Of a stretch of DNA of 64,000 bases, positions 10,859 through 21,840 are shown piece after piece. A program made the position numbers and the translations under genes. The stretch is taken from IMG/VR virus record IMGVR_UViG_3300020045_007300, positions 30,893-94,892 of that record; one strand, 5' to 3'. The notes beneath the pieces are model-generated. The model searched no databases, was not told the origin of the DNA, and worked only from the letters and a program-made list of their open reading frames with translations. Every line of letters begins with the position of its first letter. The stretch's first letter is position 1. The DNA is from a virus.

Positions 10859-11499
10859 GCATCGCAAGCCTAATTCAAGACGTTAGAGAGGACATAATTG
10901 ATGACGTTGGTCTTCAAAAAAGACTTTCTGATAGTCAATTGACTAGGTTTGCAAATGAAGCCATCAAGGAGGCGTGTATACGCGCCCCTTTGTTGGTGAC
11001 AACAAAAACTTTCAAGGTTATTGCAGGTAAATCTGAATATAAACTTGATGAATTTACCAGACAAATAATAGATGTTAAGTTCAGCCTGTCGCCACACCCG
11101 CTAAGACAAGAAACCGATGATGGATTATCACTCACTTACGGTAGCGATTGGAAACTACGCGCAGCACCACCGACACACTACACCCGATTAAACAGAGTAT
11201 TGCGGATATATCCAATTCCTGTTGTTGACGACGTGCTGTCAGTGAAAATGTCGCGCATTCCCGATGATGATTTTGATTTAGACGAAGACATAGACCCGTC
11301 TTATTACGACTCATTCAAGTATTACGTTGCTTACAAAGCATTTTCTCAACGTGATAATGATAATTACGATCCCGTTAAGGCATCAAGTTTTCTTGAGTTG
11401 TTTAACTCGATGTTTGGCACTAAGCATTCTGCAAAATATGACACTGTTAATTTTAATACACCCATGTATGCGACGGTAACGTCAGGCAGGATGTGTTGA
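10855..11499 (+). CDS. Head-tail adaptor protein
   Basis: LSDSQLTRFANEA, LRIYPIP and YYVAYKAF motifs typical of podoviral adaptors. Confidence 0.8.
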   Translation: MSIASLIQDVREDIIDDVGLQKRLSDSQLTRFANEAIKEACIRAPLLVTTKTFKVIAGKSEYKLDEFTRQIIDVKFSLSPHPLRQETDDGLSLTYGSDWKLRAAPPTHYTRLNRVLRIYPIPVVDDVLSVKMSRIPDDDFDLDEDIDPSYYDSFKYYVAYKAFSQRDNDNYDPVKASSFLELFNSMFGTKHSAKYDTVNFNTPMYATVTSGRMC

Positions 11500-12671
11500 A
11501 GCAGCCAACTACTCAAGTATTAGCCTTCCTAGGCTTACACAACAAAGCCCAGTCACGCCGTCAACCAAAAGGTGAAGGCGGCACACTGATTAGCATGGCA
11601 GATTGCCAGAACGTACAGCTGGATGACGAAGGCGGTGTAAGTAGTCGTGATGGCAATACGCTTGTAATGCCAACAACAGGCATTACAGCCGCGTTTAACA
11701 TTGAGAGTTACCAGTATGGCTACATTGTCGATAATGGCGTATTAAAGCGCGTCAATGGCGATTTAAGTACCGTAGACCTTGGAACTGTATCAACACAACA
11801 TACAGAATGGCTAGAAATCGGTACACGAGTGTTTATGTCCACTGGCTACTTGATTGATAATAACGTGTTAATGCCTTGGGTAACTCCAATACCAGTACAG
11901 CCTGACGTTATTATTGGCAATGGTTATTTAGCCGCTGGTCAATATCAATTAACAATCACATCAATATCACAAGACGGTAGAGAATCAGGTAGTTGTGAGG
12001 TTATTCCGTTAAATCTTCCTGATAACAGCGGGTTGGTATTAATTGGCACTGATAATTGCATGGTTTACATGACCGCATTAAACGGATCTGTGCTATATGA
12101 GATTGGTATCGGTGTTACTGTTATTGACAGTATTATTCAATTGACCGAAAAATCAATAAATGTTGATAGGCTAATAACCCAGTCAGTACCGCCAGTGGTT
12201 GATAAAATCGCGTACTACAATGAGTGTTTACACTGTTCTGTTTACGATAAATCAACCAACACCAGTTCTATATTCTACTCAAAATCATTCATGTTTAACG
12301 TATTCGACTGGTTTGAAGACGTTATCAGTGATATTGCTGGAGAAGTGCGCGGAATACTGGGTATACCAGAGGGTTTATTAATCGGTACAGACAGGGAAAT
12401 ACTACTGTATAATATCGACAGTGGAATAATTAAACTTGCTGGTTATGGTGTTGCAAGTGGTAAACCTATTAAACGAAACCGTGACGGACAGATATTTATT
12501 CAGTCATTGCGTGGAGTTTGTACGATGCCATTTAAAAATTTGACAGGTGATAAATACACCGCACCATTAGGCGGCGAATGTTCCACAGCAATGCTTGATT
12601 CATCGGGTACTGAGTTATTTGTAACGATTACTGATGGATTAGGAAAAACAGAAGACAGCGTTGACTTCTAA
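11493..12671 (+). CDS. Tail (nozzle/tubular) protein
   Basis: NV.LD..G...R.G N-terminus, beta-rich, follows adaptor. Confidence 0.7.
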   Translation: MLKQPTTQVLAFLGLHNKAQSRRQPKGEGGTLISMADCQNVQLDDEGGVSSRDGNTLVMPTTGITAAFNIESYQYGYIVDNGVLKRVNGDLSTVDLGTVSTQHTEWLEIGTRVFMSTGYLIDNNVLMPWVTPIPVQPDVIIGNGYLAAGQYQLTITSISQDGRESGSCEVIPLNLPDNSGLVLIGTDNCMVYMTALNGSVLYEIGIGVTVIDSIIQLTEKSINVDRLITQSVPPVVDKIAYYNECLHCSVYDKSTNTSSIFYSKSFMFNVFDWFEDVISDIAGEVRGILGIPEGLLIGTDREILLYNIDSGIIKLAGYGVASGKPIKRNRDGQIFIQSLRGVCTMPFKNLTGDKYTAPLGGECSTAMLDSSGTELFVTITDGLGKTEDSVDF

Positions 12672-12690
12672 GTTAATGTATAATGATTAT

Positions 12691-12775
12691 GTGGGCAGGT
12701 GTTGCAACACTGAGCTGATTATCCTAAGCTCAGCCCACGCCATTTTGGATAGATTATTTTTGGATTTGAAATAAA
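12691..12775 (+). promoter_or_regulatory. Family A structured leader copy 2 (TATAAT at 12679)
   Basis: gtggg/cccac stem; loop atcc complementary to two downstream ggat. Confidence 0.6.
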
Positions 12776-13498
12776 ATGAACGAATTAATTAAAAATACAG
12801 AGCAAACTATGTCCTTAAAAGACATAACAGACCTGCTTGAAACCCGCCATAATGATGCAATGAAAGTTGTTGAAAAAATGGCTGAAAGCCTTGAATTTGG
12901 TAGCGTTACGAAAATATCGTATCGCACAACACAAGGTAATGAGTATGATACTTACGCATTAGATAAGCGTCAGTCTGTTGCGGTATCAGCAAAGTTAAAC
13001 ACCGCATTGTTAATGCGTGTTATTGACAGATGGCAAGAGCTTGAGTCAGCACAGCCAAAAGTGCCAACTAATTTCATTGAAGCGATGCAATTAGCAACCG
13101 CTACTTTGATTGAAAATCAAGCATTACAGTTGAAAATTGACTATGATAAGCCAAAAGTTGAATTTGCCGAAAAAGTACGCGCTTTGGACGGCTCAATATC
13201 AGTTGGCGACTTTGCAAAGCTCATTGGCACAGGTCAAAACCGTTTATTTAAACGACTTCGTGACGATGGATATTTAATGGTTAATAATCATCCAATGCAA
13301 TCCGCTGTCGAACGAAAATTACTTGTTCAGATTGAGCAAACACCGTTCACTGATTCAAATGGTAAGTCACATCCAGCATTTCAAACAAGAATCACTGGTA
13401 CTGGTCAAGTTTATTTTGAAAAACGGTATCGCGTAGCTGTTAGTGAATCAGTGAAAGATAAAAAAGACTTAACTATTTTAGTAAGTAAAACAAGCTAA
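12776..13498 (+). CDS. Rha-like / ANT (KilAC) antirepressor
   Basis: TMS..DI..L...RH, RVIDRWQELE, PTNFIEA, KPKVEFA..V, GQNRLFKRLR, TRITGTGQ. Confidence 0.88.
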   Translation: MNELIKNTEQTMSLKDITDLLETRHNDAMKVVEKMAESLEFGSVTKISYRTTQGNEYDTYALDKRQSVAVSAKLNTALLMRVIDRWQELESAQPKVPTNFIEAMQLATATLIENQALQLKIDYDKPKVEFAEKVRALDGSISVGDFAKLIGTGQNRLFKRLRDDGYLMVNNHPMQSAVERKLLVQIEQTPFTDSNGKSHPAFQTRITGTGQVYFEKRYRVAVSESVKDKKDLTILVSKTS

Positions 13499-13606
13499 GA
13501 AATAGCTTTACAACAGGCGTAGGTTACGCCCATATCCCAAGCAGCCATAATGGCGTAGACGGAAAATTTAAACAACTAACGTCGTGATGACGTAAGGACA
13601 AATAAA

Positions 13607-14125
13607 ATGGCAAACGATTCAACAGGTTTTTTAAAAATGTTGCTGGGTAAATCAACACTAGTAACAGGCGCTAGTTCAGTAGGAGGTGTATTTGATGCCA
13701 GTGTGATTGATGTCTACGATGGCACACGCCCTGTAGATGCCGATGATGCTATTACCACGCAAACCCTATTGTGCAGAATTACTCTAAACGGCGGTGCATT
13801 TGTCGAAGGAACTGCTACTAATGGTCTTGTTTTTGGAACTCCTACGGTAGATGGAACAGGGGCTTCTAAGATTGGTCATTTATCCAAACCTGCGCTAACT
13901 TTATGGGCTGGAACAGCGGGAACTTTATCTGGTACAAAGACTGCCACATGGGCAAGATGGCGTGGAAATGCAGTTGATTCTGGTGGAGCTTCAACAACTT
14001 TGCCAAGAAAAGATTTAACTGTATCTGACGCAACAGGCACAGGCGAATTAAAACTAAGTACGGTTACATTCGTTACTGGCACGGAAGCACAGGTTGCATC
14101 ATTTAGTTACAACCAGGGCGTTTAG
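13607..14125 (+). CDS. Virion structural protein
   Basis: I..YDGTRP.DAD...TLL and TATWAR motifs; GNRA hairpin and SD upstream. Confidence 0.75.
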   Translation: MANDSTGFLKMLLGKSTLVTGASSVGGVFDASVIDVYDGTRPVDADDAITTQTLLCRITLNGGAFVEGTATNGLVFGTPTVDGTGASKIGHLSKPALTLWAGTAGTLSGTKTATWARWRGNAVDSGGASTTLPRKDLTVSDATGTGELKLSTVTFVTGTEAQVASFSYNQGV

Positions 14126-14127
14126 TC

Positions 14128-15156
14128 GTGGCATGGGGTGATGTTTGGGGTGGTGCAGCATGGGGCGATAGCTCTGGTAGCGCACCGCCTTTTGATATAG
14201 ACATTGTTATCAATGTTAGCGATGCAGTCATTACCTCATTGGCTGGTGGATTGAGTGTCGTTGCTTCAAAATCAAACATCACATCGTCGTCTGGAAACCT
14301 AGGCATTGTTAATGCTTATTTTAACGTTGACTCACTGGCAAGCGGTATCAGTAACGTATCGACAGCCAATCCAGAACTAATAAGCCGTGCAGGGGCATTC
14401 AGCAAAACATCAACCAATAGACCTACATTAAAAAGTTTGTCGGGTGGCTTTGGTGTCACTAATTCATCACTGCCAAGCGTTAAAAGCAATGCCGCTGGAT
14501 TATCTAATCTGGCAATGGCACGAATCAGCATTAATTCAACTGCCTACGATTTACTACCCAGTGATACAGGTGGTATTCGTGTCAGAAATCCGACCATCAC
14601 ATCAACAGCAAGTGGCAACAGCTCAATAGTCTCGCTAAAGCCGTCTATCAAGTCCTACGCCGCAGGTGCAAGCATTATTGTTGTACCAAGCTCTTATATC
14701 ATATCAGGCGTTGAGCAAGCGCGTGTTGCGTATGCAATGAATGTGCAAACTGCCGAAACAACCAAGTTTACCAATTATGATTTTATTGAAATAATCCGTA
14801 TCGGCTCAGATAAGTACGGCGTTAAACCCACAGGTCTTTATAAAATAGGCGGAATAACTGACAATGGAACAGCAATCAGTGCGAGCTTTACAACGCATGA
14901 AACGCGCTACGATACGAACTTACTTAAAAGAGTTCCTAAAGTATATCTTGATTCAGAAAGTGCCACGACGATACAGCCTATTATTGATGGTGTTTACCGT
15001 TATATTCATGATGCTAATTTTGGGGGACATAAGACACCAATAGGTCGTGGTTATATCGGTAAATGGTGGCAGTGGAAAATATCAAACAAAAACGGTGCAA
15101 GTATGCGCGTTGGTGCGATAGAAGCTATTATTGAAAATATGAGCAGGAGAGTGTAA
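14128..15156 (+). CDS. Virion/tail structural protein
   Basis: Ser-rich repeats; C-terminal AYAMN...T..TNYDF and GRGYIGKWWQ. Confidence 0.7.
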   Translation: MAWGDVWGGAAWGDSSGSAPPFDIDIVINVSDAVITSLAGGLSVVASKSNITSSSGNLGIVNAYFNVDSLASGISNVSTANPELISRAGAFSKTSTNRPTLKSLSGGFGVTNSSLPSVKSNAAGLSNLAMARISINSTAYDLLPSDTGGIRVRNPTITSTASGNSSIVSLKPSIKSYAAGASIIVVPSSYIISGVEQARVAYAMNVQTAETTKFTNYDFIEIIRIGSDKYGVKPTGLYKIGGITDNGTAISASFTTHETRYDTNLLKRVPKVYLDSESATTIQPIIDGVYRYIHDANFGGHKTPIGRGYIGKWWQWKISNKNGASMRVGAIEAIIENMSRRV

Positions 15157-15427
15157 TGCTGTGGGTAAAATTCTGGATATTATTTATCACAGTGCTTGCA
15201 ATTATTTTTATCGTGATAATTGGGTTATTAGAAATACTACAGTCCGCCTATCAATATAAAAAAGACAGGCGGTATAGTAGGTAGTTACCGATTCAGAACC
15301 AGTATATCCCGTTCATAATTGCGAACCATAACCATTTTTCTAGGAGGCTGAATATCCAGTGTGCATTTGCTTGGTGCATTAACCAATTGATTAAGGCGAT
15401 TAATCCATTGTGATTTTTTAGTTTTCA

Positions 15428-16084
15428 TTAGTCGTGATCATTATTATTACCGTTATTGCCGTTGCTTGAACTTCCAGTTACCGACACGCCGCCATTATTT
15501 GCACTGCCACCAAAAGCCGTAGACCCAGAGTTACTAGAGCCGCCTGTCGCGCCAGATGTTGAGTTGGACGCTCCGCCAAATGCTGTTGAGCCTGAATTAG
15601 ATGATCCGCCAGAAGCATTGCCGCCTGTAGCCGATGAAACACCGCCATTTCCACCTAAAGCACTAGATACACCGCCTTGACCACCAATGGCACTTCCACC
15701 TAATCCTGTTGAATTTGCTGTTGCCCCCGTTGCTATAGCTTGATTGTTGTTCGTAGCACTACTGCCAGAATTATTACTGACATTACTACCGCCGTTTTTC
15801 ACATTGGTAACATTTTTGGTTTGCGCAGGTTTGTACAATGGCGCAGCAGCTACACCGAATGTTGCAGCAGCACCTACTTTGGCGGATTCTTTTACCAATA
15901 TGCTTGCAATGCCATCACTTACGACGACCTGTTGAAGCGTTATTTTATTGTCATCGCCTCTCATAGTAACGCCAGTAATTGATGAGTCAAAAGCCCCCTC
16001 ATAGATAGCCAAATCCATGTTGCCAACTTTTTCAACATGAGTACACGCAGTTAAAAGTAAAGCTGAGATTAAAATTGTTTTCAT
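15428..16084 (-). CDS. Gly/Ser/Asn-rich lipoprotein
   Basis: MKTILISALLLTAC lipobox (probable start 16084); low-complexity G/S tail. Confidence 0.7.
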   Translation of the reverse strand: MKTILISALLLTACTHVEKVGNMDLAIYEGAFDSSITGVTMRGDDNKITLQQVVVSDGIASILVKESAKVGAAATFGVAAAPLYKPAQTKNVTNVKNGGSNVSNNSGSSATNNNQAIATGATANSTGLGGSAIGGQGGVSSALGGNGGVSSATGGNASGGSSNSGSTAFGGASNSTSGATGGSSNSGSTAFGGSANNGGVSVTGSSSNGNNGNNNDHD

Positions 16085-16252
16085 TTTGATTGCTCGCAAA
16101 GGTCTTGCGCGTCTGAAAAGTTAGAGCAAGGGTTATAGTGGTCTATCGCCATATTAAATGCGATAAATGCGATTATTACTAAGGTAACACACCCAAGTAC
16201 CATTAAAAAATCCATTAAGAATTTATATGTTTCTTTAAACATTTCTTACCCA

Positions 16253-16450
16253 TTATTTTTTTGCATTATTAAAAGATTCTTTTGCCACAGCATTCATCAT
16301 TTCTATTAATGAATCTTCTGTGTATATTCCTGTAGTTCCTGCAACGGAGGCGGCAATGCTTGTTAGAATTACTGGCAATAACGCTGGATTAACGCCTATT
16401 GTAGGTAACACATCAAGTACTCGTTTAACATCTTCTTTAAATGTATTCAT
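16253..16450 (-). CDS. Hypothetical protein
   Basis: 65-aa ORF with AAGGG SD, in a small minus-strand insert. Confidence 0.55.
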   Translation of the reverse strand: MNTFKEDVKRVLDVLPTIGVNPALLPVILTSIAASVAGTTGIYTEDSLIEMMNAVAKESFNNAKK

Positions 16451-17000
16451 TTTTACCCCTTAGATAAGTAATACAGCCTTTTACGGCATTTAATACAACA
16501 TCCTAGCCACTTTAAATTAGCATAAGCCTTAAATTCTTTTGGCTTATTGTTTGGATGGTCTGGATTCTGACAAATAAAATCTACTCGCTTACGAAGCAAA
16601 TTTAACTTTTTACCTGCGTCCATGTTTTGTGTTGTCCATGACTAAAAACGGGTTTCACGGATTCGATAGGGCATAAATGCAAATCGAATTGTAATAGTTC
16701 GAGAATTTCTTTGATTAACGCTTTCATTTCACACCTGCCGATTGGATTGCACGAATGTTAAAGCATGACATCACGCATTTATGATGCAGCATCTTTTTAC
16801 TTCTACGCTTAATTACTTTCAAAGTCTTCATTGTAAAACTCCTGAATAATCGGTATCAGAAATTGATAACGTGGCGATAGTAAATCACTGTTTTAACATT
16901 TACGCAAGCGTTAAATTAAACTTGTTTCAATATCATAATTAAACAGTGTTATAATACACCAAGCGTCGTGATGACGCGCAATCCCACAGCAGGAATTACC

Positions 17001-18731
17001 ATGTCAGATTATTCGGTTAGAGCCGATCAACAGTTTGCATTCGCAGAAAAGTACACCACAAAAGGCACTGATACTTTTAATGATGGCTTATCAAAGGCTA
17101 ATTTATTTGCCCAAGGTAACGTCGTTATTAAAGAGCGTGACGTTGGCATTCATACTCCTGCAAAGTTAAACCTTGAAACAGTTGAAGCGATTACCGCATT
17201 CAATATGCCAGCGGCTTACACATTAAGCACCACGGGTCTATTCCAAGCGAATCCGCCCGAAGGTACGGCAGGTGTATTCACCACGCCAGCACCCGAAACC
17301 GATTTTAACAAGATTGATTCCGTATTAAATAGCATTCCTGTTCCCGTGCTGGAAACGGTGGCAATGCCTACCATGCACGATATTAATATCAACCCTGTGC
17401 CTACGGTAAACCTTCCTGTATTCGACCCGAAAACCGTTGTCGAAGTCATTGATAAGCCTGTTAATCAGCAGCCTGCTTTAATATCTCAGTACGAACGTAT
17501 GCGCCCAGATGTTAAAAAGTGGGTTGATGATGGTGTTGATAGCTGGATAGCCAAGTACGCACCCAATTACAAAGAGCTGTTGGCAGCCGCACAAAACAAG
17601 CTCATGCAGGTTATGGCTAATGGCAAGATGCTACGCGAGGATTACCAGACTTATTTGCAAACTCAGTCACGCACCGCTATAGAAGACACCGCTACTGCCG
17701 CTATTAGTGGAATTATCAACGACCGCAGACGCGCAGGTGCAAACTCATTGCCACAGTCTATGACTGCGGGTATTGCCAAAGCCAAACAAGCGAAGTACAA
17801 CAACCAAGCCATTGCTAACACCACCATTGAGATAAAAATTATCGAAATGGAAACTGAAAACATTAAGTGGGCAGTAACCGAAGCGTTAAGACTTCAAGGT
17901 TCGCTTATGCAAGCCTTTTTAGGCTATGCGGGTGTGATGGTACAGGTTAATGAAGCTGCGTGGTCACAGGGTAAAATTTACTGTGATATGTACGCCCAGT
18001 ACTATGAAATGTTACTCAAGCGTTTGGGATTGCAATTGGACGCACTCAAAACCGAAGCGGCAATTTATGATACCCAGCTAAAAGCGGCGTTATCCGTATT
18101 AGACGGTTATCGGCTTGAACTGGACGCTAAAAAAACACTGGTGGCGATTGATGGTCAACGCCTAGATTTTGTCGGCAAACAGATACAAGTTCAACTTGCA
18201 AAGGTTCAAATCTACACCGCGTTATTGGGTAGTGTTGAAACCCGCGCGAACGTGGAAATGTCAAAGGTCAAACTGTTTGCCGAAGAAGTCAATGCCTACA
18301 ACTCACAATTGCAGGGTGACAAAATCCGCAATGACATATTCTTAGCTGGACAGTCAGGCGATATGAACAAGCTGAAAGCTAAAGAAATTGAGCTGGAAGC
18401 ATGGACTAAAACTACTGACGCACTGATTAAAGCCAAGCAGATTGATATTGCCACTAAATCATTTGGTATTGAAAAGAACAAGATGCTCATGTCTAAGTTT
18501 GGCTATGACCTTGACTCACTGAAAACAGAATATGAGCGTGATCGTTTATTAATCGCACAAGACCAGTTTAACGCCAAAATTATGACTGACGTGATGACCA
18601 ATCAGGTGCAATCAATCAATCAACATTATATGCAATTGGGCAATCTATACGCCCACGCAGGGCAGACTTATAGCACTATCGGCGCATCCGCCATTAACGC
18701 AGCAACATCATCAGTAACATTACAAGTTTAA
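17001..18731 (+). CDS. Virion structural protein with long coiled coil (probable start 17001)
   Basis: SD AGGAA before ATG 17001; Pro-rich N-half and helical C-half; GNRA hairpin upstream. Confidence 0.75.
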   Translation: MSDYSVRADQQFAFAEKYTTKGTDTFNDGLSKANLFAQGNVVIKERDVGIHTPAKLNLETVEAITAFNMPAAYTLSTTGLFQANPPEGTAGVFTTPAPETDFNKIDSVLNSIPVPVLETVAMPTMHDININPVPTVNLPVFDPKTVVEVIDKPVNQQPALISQYERMRPDVKKWVDDGVDSWIAKYAPNYKELLAAAQNKLMQVMANGKMLREDYQTYLQTQSRTAIEDTATAAISGIINDRRRAGANSLPQSMTAGIAKAKQAKYNNQAIANTTIEIKIIEMETENIKWAVTEALRLQGSLMQAFLGYAGVMVQVNEAAWSQGKIYCDMYAQYYEMLLKRLGLQLDALKTEAAIYDTQLKAALSVLDGYRLELDAKKTLVAIDGQRLDFVGKQIQVQLAKVQIYTALLGSVETRANVEMSKVKLFAEEVNAYNSQLQGDKIRNDIFLAGQSGDMNKLKAKEIELEAWTKTTDALIKAKQIDIATKSFGIEKNKMLMSKFGYDLDSLKTEYERDRLLIAQDQFNAKIMTDVMTNQVQSINQHYMQLGNLYAHAGQTYSTIGASAINAATSSVTLQV

Positions 18732-18746
18732 CAATAGGTATTAAAA

Positions 18747-18992
18747 ATGAACAAATTATTACTAGCACTCAAAGTATTACAATCAGGCGAATGCCTAGCA
18801 AACGCCGCCACATGGAAAAACAGACAGTTAAGAACTAATGCTTTACTGATTGTCGTCGGCGCAATACCACAGCTATTTGACGTGGATTTATCACCGTCTG
18901 ATGTGAGCTTAATCTCTTATGGCATAGCTGCCGTCGGTGGACTGTTCAATAGTTATTTGACCGTAGCAACCAGCGAGAAAGTCGGGTTCTAA
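18747..18992 (+). CDS. Small two-TM membrane protein (holin-like)
   Basis: Two hydrophobic segments; ends ATSEKVG. Confidence 0.5.
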   Translation: MNKLLLALKVLQSGECLANAATWKNRQLRTNALLIVVGAIPQLFDVDLSPSDVSLISYGIAAVGGLFNSYLTVATSEKVGF

Positions 18993-20644
18993 TGTTACCC
19001 CCTAAGCGTCAAAACCTATTCCCACCATTCGCCACTACGTTTGACGGCGACCCTGCTGAGTGTTCCAAGCACTTAGGCAGGGCAAGGGGTATGCTTAGCT
19101 TAATGTGCCGCAGTATGCCGCCTGTCAAGTCACGCACAGAAACTACGGCTGATGGTGTTGAGATACGGGTTACTACCAATCCTCATCATGTTTATATTAA
19201 GTCTGGTAGTACGTTATTTTGCACGTCATTTAATGAAGGCGATTTAGGTACGCAGATATATAAAAAACCATACCCTCCAGTAACAAGAGATGGTCTTATT
19301 TTAGATAGTGACAATCCCAATAAACTTGTCCTACCATCACCGACCTACAGCGCACGAGCTAATTATTGGGCAAATACTAGAGAAAATGCCACAGTTAGCT
19401 GGGATTATGTTGAGTATTTAGATATATTTTACCCTGTTGGTCACGCCAGCAGACTAAGAAAATACGGAAAAATAGCGGTAAATGGTATCGAAACTGACTT
19501 GCTATGGGGTAAGTTTTTAGAACCGTTGGTGTGCGCATTAATCGATAAAGATGCTGATGATTTGCCTGTTCAGCGGATTGTGATTATCTATGTTGATAGA
19601 CTTAATTATGCGGGGACGGGCAATAATAGATATATTGCGGTGTACGATTATCAGATAGACACAAGCGTTTCTTTAACGGAGATTTCAAAAACTAATTTTA
19701 ATGTGCTTGGCTACAGTACAAACACATTAATAGGATTTTTTGGTGATGCTAAACGGCTGGCTATATACAGCACTGTTGATAGGATTTATTACCCATCAGA
19801 TTACCCACTGGGAATTACAAAGCACGTTCCGACAATAAATGTTATTGATTTTAATAGCGCGTTTGTTATGGTCGTAAATGACGAAATTATTTACGAAGAA
19901 TCGCCAGAGGTAAGCCTTGGCTATAACTATGTATCAAGCGGCGAAACGACAACATTAGTCATCCCGTTTGAGCATATATCCAGCGCATTTATAGATGTAA
20001 GAGGCGAGTATATTTCTTTTTCTGCATCTAAGACTATTATAAAAATAACAATATTGGCTGCGGAAGTATCGTGGGAAGGCGGCATCTATCGTCCATATAA
20101 TAGTGATTCATCGACAGTGGAACATCACCTAGTATCGTGGTCAAAAAAAGACACTTTACAGAGATTACTTTTAAAAGCCACGTCAAGCAGTCACTCTGGA
20201 ACAACCACAGAGTCAGGCGGTCGGTTATTAAAGACGGGTATTTATTTAGAAAAATACATTTACTGTTCCCTGTTCTTAAAAAAGCAAAATGAATGTATTT
20301 ATGCTGAACATACGCAGTCAGGGACTAGCTCATCGGTAGAAGGTACAAAGCCAGCTGGTGATTGGGGAATAATCTCTAGCGAGTCAACGCAACGCAATCA
20401 AGTAGAAATAATATCAAAAAATCTTGGCGAATTATACACAAGTGACTTAACGCTTGGCGGTGATGGTTGGGTGGGGGATTATTCGTACACTAAAAGTACG
20501 CTGGTAGTATCAATATACGCATTTGATTATGATACAGAGGGCAATGAAACCGATAAATCATTTACGCTTGTTTCAAATATGAAAAGTAAGTACAAAATAA
20601 TACCTACGGAAGCTAAAAACATATCACTGACTAAATTTCCGTAA
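18992..20644 (+). CDS. Putative virion/tail-associated protein
   Basis: Coupled to previous gene; beta-rich variable body. Confidence 0.6.
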   Translation: MLPPKRQNLFPPFATTFDGDPAECSKHLGRARGMLSLMCRSMPPVKSRTETTADGVEIRVTTNPHHVYIKSGSTLFCTSFNEGDLGTQIYKKPYPPVTRDGLILDSDNPNKLVLPSPTYSARANYWANTRENATVSWDYVEYLDIFYPVGHASRLRKYGKIAVNGIETDLLWGKFLEPLVCALIDKDADDLPVQRIVIIYVDRLNYAGTGNNRYIAVYDYQIDTSVSLTEISKTNFNVLGYSTNTLIGFFGDAKRLAIYSTVDRIYYPSDYPLGITKHVPTINVIDFNSAFVMVVNDEIIYEESPEVSLGYNYVSSGETTTLVIPFEHISSAFIDVRGEYISFSASKTIIKITILAAEVSWEGGIYRPYNSDSSTVEHHLVSWSKKDTLQRLLLKATSSSHSGTTTESGGRLLKTGIYLEKYIYCSLFLKKQNECIYAEHTQSGTSSSVEGTKPAGDWGIISSESTQRNQVEIISKNLGELYTSDLTLGGDGWVGDYSYTKSTLVVSIYAFDYDTEGNETDKSFTLVSNMKSKYKIIPTEAKNISLTKFP

Positions 20645-20733
20645 ATACAAAACTGTATTTTAGCTTTTATGTGTAGCACACCCAAAGGCATCACCAACTC
20701 TCAGTAACACGCTTACCCAAAAAGGTATAAAAA

Positions 20734-21786
20734 ATGGCAACTAAAATAGTCTTTAGAGGACAACAAACAACAACCACTGCGTCAGGCACTAATTTAACGC
20801 TTATCGCAGCAGCGACTGGGTACGAGAACTTTAACCCTACTTGTGGAAACGGTGATTCTTTTTATGGCATACTTGAATTACAGGATAAGCAATGGGAAGC
20901 AGGGCTGTTTACCATCGTCGGCTTATATCCAACAGTAGTAAGTAGACCAACAACGCCTATCGCGTCAAGTACGACTTTTACGATGACGGCAGGCACACAC
21001 ACTTTAAAATGTTGTGATATGCAGGGTAGCGCATTCCCTGATCCGAACACGAGTAATTTTGATTTTCATAATGCCTATATATTAAACGCATACTTTAATA
21101 AAGCTAAAGGGCAATACGGAGATATAATTCGTAATGCAAATTCTGCTAGTGGTGTTTTAAATATGAATTACGGGGGGTTTTCGACAATAACCCTTAATGC
21201 AGATGTCAGCTACTCAAAAGAAACCACATTGCCAGACGCTACGGTAGCATTGCCTAATAGCGGCGAGGCTCAAACATTAATTATAGAGGTTATTCAAGAT
21301 AACGCAGGTGGACATACATTTACGCTAAATGCACCATTTGCTCCGTATACTGACGGAGATTCAGCAACCGTAGGAGTAAATATAGACCTTACCCCATATA
21401 GCAAAACGTACATAGTTCTGGTAAACAACGTGTACACTGTTATTAAAAAGCCGCATTTAGTTGTTAATAGCATCTTTGATGTAGACTATGATGTCTCTTT
21501 TCCAAAAGGGTTTGAAAACAGCATTGTACACCGAACCAGTGCAGACACTACAGCGCGAACGTGGACTATCCCTGCAAACTCAGCAGAACCCTTTCGTACA
21601 GGTACAAAAATGAGACTGTTAAACATGGGGGCATCTGGCAATGTTTCAGTACCAATTACTACTGACACGCTTAAATGGCTACCAACGGGCGGCACAGGAA
21701 CGCGCACTATCGCACCAAATGGTTATCTTGATATTGAAAAGATAACTGATACCATGTGGATTTGTTCAGGTGTTGGCGTGACTTAA
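20734..21786 (+). CDS. Tail fibre / receptor-binding protein
   Basis: QWEAGL N-terminus, QD..GGHT and TWTIPAN...F..GT...W...G C-terminal fibre motifs. Confidence 0.75.
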   Translation: MATKIVFRGQQTTTTASGTNLTLIAAATGYENFNPTCGNGDSFYGILELQDKQWEAGLFTIVGLYPTVVSRPTTPIASSTTFTMTAGTHTLKCCDMQGSAFPDPNTSNFDFHNAYILNAYFNKAKGQYGDIIRNANSASGVLNMNYGGFSTITLNADVSYSKETTLPDATVALPNSGEAQTLIIEVIQDNAGGHTFTLNAPFAPYTDGDSATVGVNIDLTPYSKTYIVLVNNVYTVIKKPHLVVNSIFDVDYDVSFPKGFENSIVHRTSADTTARTWTIPANSAEPFRTGTKMRLLNMGASGNVSVPITTDTLKWLPTGGTGTRTIAPNGYLDIEKITDTMWICSGVGVT

Positions 21787-21800
21787 TGCGGTAATGTGAA

Positions 21801-21824
21801 TTAAAGGGGCAACATTGCACCTTT
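21801..21824. promoter_or_regulatory. Imperfect copy of palindrome AAAGGTGCAACGTTGCACCTTT
   Basis: Two mismatches to the perfect palindrome at 42895-42920. Confidence 0.5.
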
Positions 21825-21840
21825 GTTTTCATCGATTTAG

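Noticed and set aside
10855-11499. Adaptor also ends in Cys (GRMC), possible member of the Cys chain
   Set aside because: Has an internal Cys, lacks the terminal helix motif, and the next gene has no N-terminal Cys
18992-21786. Diversity-generating retroelement acting on tail genes
   Set aside because: No reverse transcriptase and no TR/VR repeat pair seen in the window
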